Below are positions 55,143 to 64,000 of a stretch of 64,000 nt of DNA, in pieces (the first letter of the stretch is position 1; the number at the start of each line of letters is the position of its first letter). The stretch spans positions 7,750,001-7,814,000 of the forward strand of contig OZ024742.1 of assembly GCA_964016885.1 (NCBI GenBank), read 5' to 3'. Source of the DNA: Eledone cirrhosa (taxonomy: Eukaryota). The notes under the pieces are model-generated. The model saw only the letters and a list, made by a program, of their open reading frames with translations. It did not search any database and had not been told where the DNA came from. The translations under genes were made by a program, and so were the position numbers.

Positions 55143-57610
55143 TGGAAAGTTATATTTAAAATTGTTGGGTTACAACTAGCAAATATTTATAACTGATATA
55201 AAAGCACTCGACAAATATTTGGAGTATATTTACAATATTAAATAAATGGAAAACTATATTTATAAAACCATATTTATTTCATTATATATATTTCGGGGAT
55301 ATCATATTAACAATATGCTATGCCTTCATCAGACAAAATACAATATAAACAGTTTTATAGATAAATAGATTCGACATACCGTTATAACACCGACTTCATT
55401 TGAAGAGGTTTAAGCTTGCAGTGAAAAAATTTTACACAGAGAGAAAGAAAGAGAGAAAACAGAAAGAAAGACAGAAAAGGAAGAAAAGGAAGAAAAAGAA
55501 GAGAAAGAGGAAATGCATGGAACAAAATAGAGAGATGGAAAGATAGATAAAGCGAAGAACTTCATGTAAAGAAACAGAAAGAGATATATATATATAGAGA
55601 GAGAGGAAATAGAGATAGATACATATATATATAGAAAATTAGGTAGTGGGAGGTCATTTTGAGTAAATGTATCAATGATACGTTCATTTATTCATTTATT
55701 TATTTAGCTCAAGTATTAATGTAAGGGAGATACATAGAGAGAGAAAACAATATAGAGAGAGGAAAAAAATAGCGAGAGAAAAAAAAAAATTTAAAAATAG
55801 CCAGACATATTCGAGGCGTAAAAACCCTATGTTTTAAAGTATTAGTATTTATAAAACTTACACTATATTGTAAATATCAGCATTCCTGAACGAGACAAGC
55901 ATCCACAATGTGTGAAAATCAATCATCCTATGCCTAGTTTTAAAAAATTCATATGTCCATGTGACAGCTAAAAACATCCATGCGAATCCAACTGATTCAC
56001 TCTGCAAACTCTAAGTTCACGGAAAACATTCTCAATGTGGTATAAAAATTTGAGCATACAAATATGTGTATTATTATTCTTGTCATTACTCTACAAGACT
56101 ATCTATCAAGCAGAAATAGAGAGCAGATTTCCATATACTAATAAAAATATATATCATAAACAAAACTAAAAATAAAAAGATAACAATAATAATAATAAGT
56201 AAAAATATAGAATAGAAAACTAAAAAAAAAAAAAAAAAATATTACGAAAGAATATTACATAATAAAAATATTATATATTAAACATACTACGTATTAAAAA
56301 TTATTACGTATTAAAAATTTACATATTAAAGATATTAAAAATAAAATAAAAATAAAAAATATTATAGAATACTACAATAATAAAATTAAAATAAAAATAA
56401 AAATAAAAATAAAAATAAACCACAAAGATCAACCCTCCAAAGCCAACTGACAACATATCGCCAAGCTCATTACAAGACAAAGCCAAAAATCATCTATCAA
56501 ATCACATCCAGCAAAGATCATTTCAAATAGATTATGATGTCCAATTACGTCTACATATGTTCTTACATCCAATATAGAAGTTTATCTAGCGCAAGGTTTA
56601 TTCAAAAAATTTGGAGCATCAGCCTTCAGGGCAGCTTAATTTTTCATGAGGAATGTTTAGATAAAAATAAAATAAAAATAAACAATAAAAAAAGAGTAAA
56701 AAGAAGGAATCAAAGATTTAGGAATCAAAAATTTATCGGCTAGTTTCCCATATAAACATAAATCAAACCAAATACACCACACCTTAAATTTAAATTTACA
56801 TCCAAACGTTGAGTTCAATCCACGTCTGCAACAACTGAACAAACCTGTCCGCAGGTCAAGGGAACCCTTAGATTTTAGCACAAAGAATATCTCCTCCGCG
56901 CAGAGGCCACATGTCCCAGAGGACGAATTAAAAGGAATCCCTCTTGAGACAACATTCCAAGCCGTCGAATATCCAACGTTATCTAGCCCAAGTCGCCAGA
57001 GTACGCCTGACAGTGCCGCTGAAGACCCCTTACCTGGATCCGTGAAAGAACTCCCGCGGCTACCACAGCTAAGTTTTTTCCTCTCTCTATATTGTTTTCT
57101 CTCTCTATGTATCACCCTTACATTAATACTTGAGCTAAATAAATAAATGAATAAATGAACGTATCATTGATACATTTACTCAAAATGACCTCCCACTACC
57201 TAATTTTCTATATATATATGTATCTATCTCTATTTCCTCTCTCTCTATATATATATATCTCTTTCTGTTTCTTTACATGAAGTTCTTCGCTTTATCTATC
57301 TTTCCATCTCTCTATTTTGTTCCATGCATTTCCTCTTTCTCTTCTTTTTCTTCCTTTTCTTCCTTTTCTGTCTTTCTTTCTGTTTTCTCTCTTTCTTTCT
57401 CTCTGTGTAAAATTTTTTCACTGCAAGCTTAAACCTCTTCAAATGAAGTCGGTGTTATAACGGTATGTCGAATCTATTTATCTATAAAACTGTTTATATT
57501 GTATTTTGTCTGATGAAGGCATAGCATATTGTTAATATGATATCCCCGAAATATATATAATGAAATAAATATGGTTTTATAAATATAGTTTTCCATTTAT
57601 TTAATATTGT
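55143..57610 (-). mobile_element. 5'-truncated Naiad-like PLE (GIY-YIG C-terminus + long 3' UTR + HHR) with an inverted 500-bp copy of its 3' end
   Basis: Arms ~55233-55750 / 57092-57610; LS..LW.L...Y...W......F.....C.LC.EE....L.R....CCR pattern at 56800-57075. Confidence 0.75.
57504..57565 (+). ncRNA. Minimal type I hammerhead ribozyme, family M
   Basis: ttttgt-CTGATGA-agg..catatt gtt aatatg..cccc-GAAA-tatata-TA-atgaaa; further copies ~55276(-), 57845(-), 58053(+), 60702(-), 60857(+). Confidence 0.7.
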
Positions 57611-57692
57611 ATATATAAATATATATATTTATATATATATATATTTATATTTATATATATATATATATATAAATATATATATTTATATATAT

Positions 57693-57731
<39 letters not shown>

Positions 57732-57743
57732 AATATATATATT

Positions 57744-57799
<56 letters not shown>

Positions 57800-57800
57800 T

Positions 57801-58247
57801 ACGGTATTAAATAAATGGAAACTATATTTATAAAACCATATTTATTTCATTATATATATTTCAGGGATATCATATTAAAAATATGTTATGCCTTCTTCAG
57901 ACAAAATACAATATAAACAGGCTTATAAATAGATAGATTCGACATACCTTTCAACTTCGACTTCTATTTGAAAAGTTGATTTGGTAGTCAAATAGAAGTC
58001 GAAGTTGAAAGGTATGTCGAATCTATCTATTTATAAGACTGTTTATATTGTATTTTGTCTGAAGAAGGCATAACATATTTTTAATATGATATCCCTGAAA
58101 TATATATAATGAAATAAATATGGTTTTATAAATATAGTTTCCATTTATTTAATATCGTAAATATACTCCAAATACTTGTTGAGTGCTTTTATATCAGTTA
58201 TAAATATTTACTCGTTGTTAACCCAACAATTTAAATAAAACTTTGCA
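57801..58247. mobile_element. Family M fold-back with an HHR on both arms (duplicate 60659-61050)
   Basis: Apex ctatttga..tcaaatag at 57964-57995. Confidence 0.75.
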
Positions 58248-58267
58248 TATATATAAATATATATATT

Positions 58268-58364
<97 letters not shown>

Positions 58365-58375
58365 TATATAAATAT

Positions 58376-58412
<37 letters not shown>

Positions 58413-58425
58413 TAAATATATATAG

Positions 58426-58498
<73 letters not shown>

Positions 58499-58519
58499 TA
58501 TATATTTATATATATATAT

Positions 58520-58586
<67 letters not shown>

Positions 58587-58590
58587 TATA

Positions 58591-58684
<94 letters not shown>

Positions 58685-58813
58685 TATATATTTATATATA
58701 TATATATATATATATATAAATATATATATACATATATAAATATATATATTTATATATATATATATATATATAAATATATATATACATATATAAATATATA
58801 TATTTATATATAT

Positions 58814-58872
<59 letters not shown>

Positions 58873-58891
58873 AATATATATATTTATATAT

Positions 58892-58924
<33 letters not shown>

Positions 58925-59237
58925 AATATATATATATATAAATATATGTTTGAATATGTGTAATAAAGCCAAAACAATGCAGGTATGGACATAGAAAAAA
59001 TAATGCAATTGTAAAAGATATTGTTGACAATTCGTCCTTTATCTTAAATTTATTTAAATACATTTAAGGTAAAGGACGAATTGTCAGCAATATCTTTTAC
59101 AATTGCATTCTTTTTCGCATGTCCATACCTGCATTGTTTTGGCTTTATTACACATATTCAAACGTTTATACCTCATTACACATTGCTTCAAGTGAAGTAT
59201 AACCTCCTCCCATATAAATATATATATATATATAAAT

Positions 59238-59269
<32 letters not shown>

Positions 59270-59619
59270 TATAAATATATATATATATAATATATATATA
59301 TAAATATATATATATATAAATAAATATATATATAAATATATATATATATATAAATAAATATATATATATATATATAAATATATATATATATAAATAAATA
59401 TATATTATATATAAATATATATATATATAAATATATATATATATATCAATAAATATATATATATATAAATATATATATATATAAATAAATATATATTATA
59501 TATAAATATATATATATTATATATGAATATATATATATTATATATAAATATATATATATATATATATAAATATATATATATTATATATAAATATATATAT
59601 ATTATATATAAATATATAT

Positions 59620-59652
<33 letters not shown>

Positions 59653-59765
59653 AATATATATATTTATATACTTATATATATATATAAATATATATATTTA
59701 TATATTTATATATATATATATATATATATACATTAATATTTTTATATATATATATATATATAAAT

Positions 59766-59798
<33 letters not shown>

Positions 59799-59825
59799 AA
59801 TATATATATTTATATATTTAAATAT

Positions 59826-59915
<90 letters not shown>

Positions 59916-59946
59916 TATATTTATATATATATATATATATTATATT

Positions 59947-59979
<33 letters not shown>

Positions 59980-60000
59980 ATATATATATATAAATATAAA

Positions 60001-60535
60001 ATAAAGTTAAATAAAGTCAAATGATTAAAATTTAGCTTCGTTTATTACTGCTATATATATTTCAGTGACAGCCATCTTTGGCTGTGACCTCTTCAGGCAG
60101 TTTGAATTAGTATGGTATAGACAAGTACATATGTTGTTTAGGTGTATGATATTGTCAATACTCTGATATGCCCAGTTCCTTGTTGGGTTGTTAATTCACT
60201 GGGGAACTGGAGTGATATGACTCCAGTTCCCCAGTGAATTAACAACCCAACAAGGAACTGGGCATATCAGAGTATTGACAATATCATACACCTAAACAAC
60301 ATATGTACTTGTCTATACCATACTAATTCAAACAGCCTGAAGAGGTCACAGCCAAAGATGGCTGTCACTGAAATATATATAGCAGTAATAAACGAAGCTA
60401 AATTTTAATCATTTGACTTTTATTTAACTTTATCTTACACTACTCCGGAGTAACCAAACCAACCTGCGCACTTCGTCGAGTGCTCCAGCCTGCATACTGA
60501 GGTGTTGGTATACAACCAACATAAACTCAAAATCT
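60001..60535. mobile_element. Family C fold-back, HHRs at 60047-60101(-) and 60332-60386(+)
   Basis: Reverse-oriented homolog of 2495-3026 with the same apex. Confidence 0.8.
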
Positions 60536-60563
60536 ATATATAAATATATATATTTATATATAT

Positions 60564-60596
<33 letters not shown>

Positions 60597-60608
60597 AATA
60601 TATATATT

Positions 60609-60643
<35 letters not shown>

Positions 60644-61071
60644 ATATATATAAATATACGATATTAAATAAATGGAAACTATATTTATAAAACCATATTT
60701 ATTTCATTATATATATTTCAGGGATATCATATTAAAAATATGTTATGCCTTCTTCAGACAAAATACAATATAAACAGTCTTATAAATAGATAGATTCGAC
60801 ATACCTTTCAACTTCGACATGTCGAATCTATCTATTTATAAGACTGTTTATATTGTATTTTGTCTGAAGAAGGCATAACATATTTTTAATATGATATCCC
60901 TGAAATATATATAATGAAATAAATATGGTTTTATAAATATAGTTTCCATTTATTTAATATCGTAAATATACTCCAAATACTTGTTGAGTGCTTTTATATC
61001 AGTTATAAATATTTACTCGTTGTTAACCAACAATTTAAATAAAACTTTGCATATATATAAATATATATATT

Positions 61072-61130
<59 letters not shown>

Positions 61131-61133
61131 ATG

Positions 61134-61232
<99 letters not shown>

Positions 61233-61246
61233 TTAAATATATATAG

Positions 61247-61282
<36 letters not shown>

Positions 61283-61283
61283 T

Positions 61284-61316
<33 letters not shown>

Positions 61317-61363
61317 AATATATATATTTATATATATATATATATATATATTTATACATATAT

Positions 61364-61440
<77 letters not shown>

Positions 61441-61484
61441 AATATATACATTTATATATATATATATATATAATATAAATATAT

Positions 61485-61517
<33 letters not shown>

Positions 61518-61540
61518 AATATATACATTTATATATATAT

Positions 61541-61593
<53 letters not shown>

Positions 61594-61614
61594 AATATAT
61601 ATATTTATATATAT

Positions 61615-61651
<37 letters not shown>

Positions 61652-61758
61652 AATATGTATATAAATATATATATATAAATATATATATATATACTATATA
61701 TATATACTATATATATATACTATATATATATACTATATATAAATATATATATATATAC

Positions 61759-62945
61759 TGGAAAAGTAGGTGAGTGGCTGCATGGCATCCTAAGGGACAG
61801 AAGCCAGGCAGTCGCAGCAAATGGGGCCCTCTCGAGGGAAACACCGATAACAAGTGGGGTGCCTCAGGGGACAGTCCTGGGACCACTACTGTTTTTGGTG
61901 GCTCTCTCGGACATGCCCTCTGTGTTGCATGCAACAACATCCCTCACTAGCTATGCTGATAACACTAAGGTAGCACAGGCAATCAAAAACCCGGCTGACG
62001 CTGGCATCTTACAGCAGGATCTGGATGCCATATACAGATGGGCGGAAGAAAACAACATGCAGTTTAATGCTGGCAAATTTCAATCCCTACAATACAAACC
62101 TGCAAAGACAAACACAAATATAGCGGAACACAGCTACACAGGACCAGGAGCGACCGATATCCCGTGTCAAAATCGATACGAGACCTGGGCATAGACATGA
62201 GCGATGATGCATCTTTTTCTTCACACATCATGAAGGTGGCGACAGCATGTAGACGATTCGCTGGCTGGATCTTGAGGACTTTCCTTACAAGAGATCGAGA
62301 CACCATGTTGACACTGTGGAGGACTTTCGTCCTAAGCCGCCTGGACTACTGCTCCCAGCTATGGTCACCCCCATAGTGTCAAACTAACCACGGAGCTTGA
62401 GGCAATCCAGCGAAGCTACACTAAGAGGATTGCCAAGATGAGGGAGACAAGCTACTGGGAGAGGCTGAAGGAACTGAACCTCTACTCCTTGGAGCGAAGA
62501 CGGGAGAGATACGCAGTGATCTACATGTGGAAAATCCTGAAGGGACTAGCACCAAACTTTGGCATTGGGAGCTGGACCAACCGTCGAACAGGACGTCACT
62601 GTGTCGTGTCAAAGGTCCCGTCTTCCACATCTAGAATAAGGAGCAGGTATTGCAATAGCCTGGGATTCAAGGGCCCTCAACTCTTCAACAGGCTGCCGAG
62701 GGCATCTGCGAGACTTGCATGACGTGGAGGTGGATGTCTTTAAGAAACATCTCGACACCTTGTTATCCAGGATCCCGGATGATCCCACAGCAAGACACGA
62801 GGGAAACCTAAGGGCAGCAGCAACAAACTCCCTCCTACACCACTGGCCAACCTATACAGGCTGGAGATAAAATGTGTAGCAACAAGGGCGGTGCCCCAGC
62901 ATGGCCTCAGCCGGATGGCTGAAACAGGTAAAAGAGTAAAAGAGT
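61759..62945 (+). mobile_element. 5'-truncated CR1/L2-group LINE (RT C-terminus), decayed
   Basis: GVPQGTVLGPLLFL, SYADNTK, LQQDLD.IY.WA..NNMQFN, RDLG, SRLDYCSQLWSP, YWERLKELNLYSLERRRERY; tail gtaaaaga repeats; inserted in (TA)n. Confidence 0.9.
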
Positions 62946-62968
62946 ATATATATATATATAAATATATA

Positions 62969-63012
<44 letters not shown>

Positions 63013-63062
63013 AATATATATATATATATATATTTAAATATATATATTTAGATATATATATA

Positions 63063-63182
<120 letters not shown>

Positions 63183-63186
63183 TATA

Positions 63187-63222
<36 letters not shown>

Positions 63223-63226
63223 TATA

Positions 63227-63329
<103 letters not shown>

Positions 63330-63335
63330 TATATT

Positions 63336-63480
<145 letters not shown>

Positions 63481-63577
63481 TATATAAATATATATATATA
63501 TATATAAATATATATATTTATATATATAATATATATATTTATATATATATATGTATATAAATATATATATATATATT

Positions 63578-63637
<60 letters not shown>

Positions 63638-63649
63638 AATATATATATT

Positions 63650-63682
<33 letters not shown>

Positions 63683-63707
63683 GTATATAAATATATATAT
63701 ATATATT

Positions 63708-63756
<49 letters not shown>

Positions 63757-63828
63757 ATATATATATATATAAATATATGTAAATATATATATTTATATAT
63801 ATAAATATATATATTTATATATATATAT

Positions 63829-63867
<39 letters not shown>

Positions 63868-63886
63868 AATATATGTATATATAAAT

Positions 63887-63947
<61 letters not shown>

Positions 63948-64000
63948 ACTATATATATTTATATATATATTTATATATATATTTATATATATATATATAT

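Overview
Eukaryotic, AT-rich, repeat-dense DNA, almost certainly from an animal genome. A cephalopod/octopus source is inferred from the SINE type and microsatellite style. No host protein-coding gene can be supported, and most ORFs in the track are microsatellite artefacts. Recognisable elements: (1) a Penelope-like retroelement (PLE; RT + GIY-YIG) at 21925-28397 with a 2.3-kb inverted duplicate; (2) a near full-length L1/Tx1-clade LINE (31456-37244) and a truncated Dong/R4-type RLE retroelement sharing one (ATT)n array; (3) fragments of CR1/L2, RTE, Tigger/pogo, Helitron-like and Naiad-like PLE elements; (4) tRNA-derived SINEs and several minisatellites. The main hidden structure is about 30 hand-identified minimal type I hammerhead-ribozyme (HHR) motifs from about a dozen different short families. 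Most sit in head-to-head fold-back insertions anchored in (TA)n tracts, and one family forms a ~428-bp tandem retrozyme-like array. A GIY-YIG fragment at ~56800-57075 carries an apparent dense A-to-G hypermutation signature, as expected for an ADAR-hyperedited RNA retro-copied into the genome. All motifs and alignments were read by eye and need computational confirmation.
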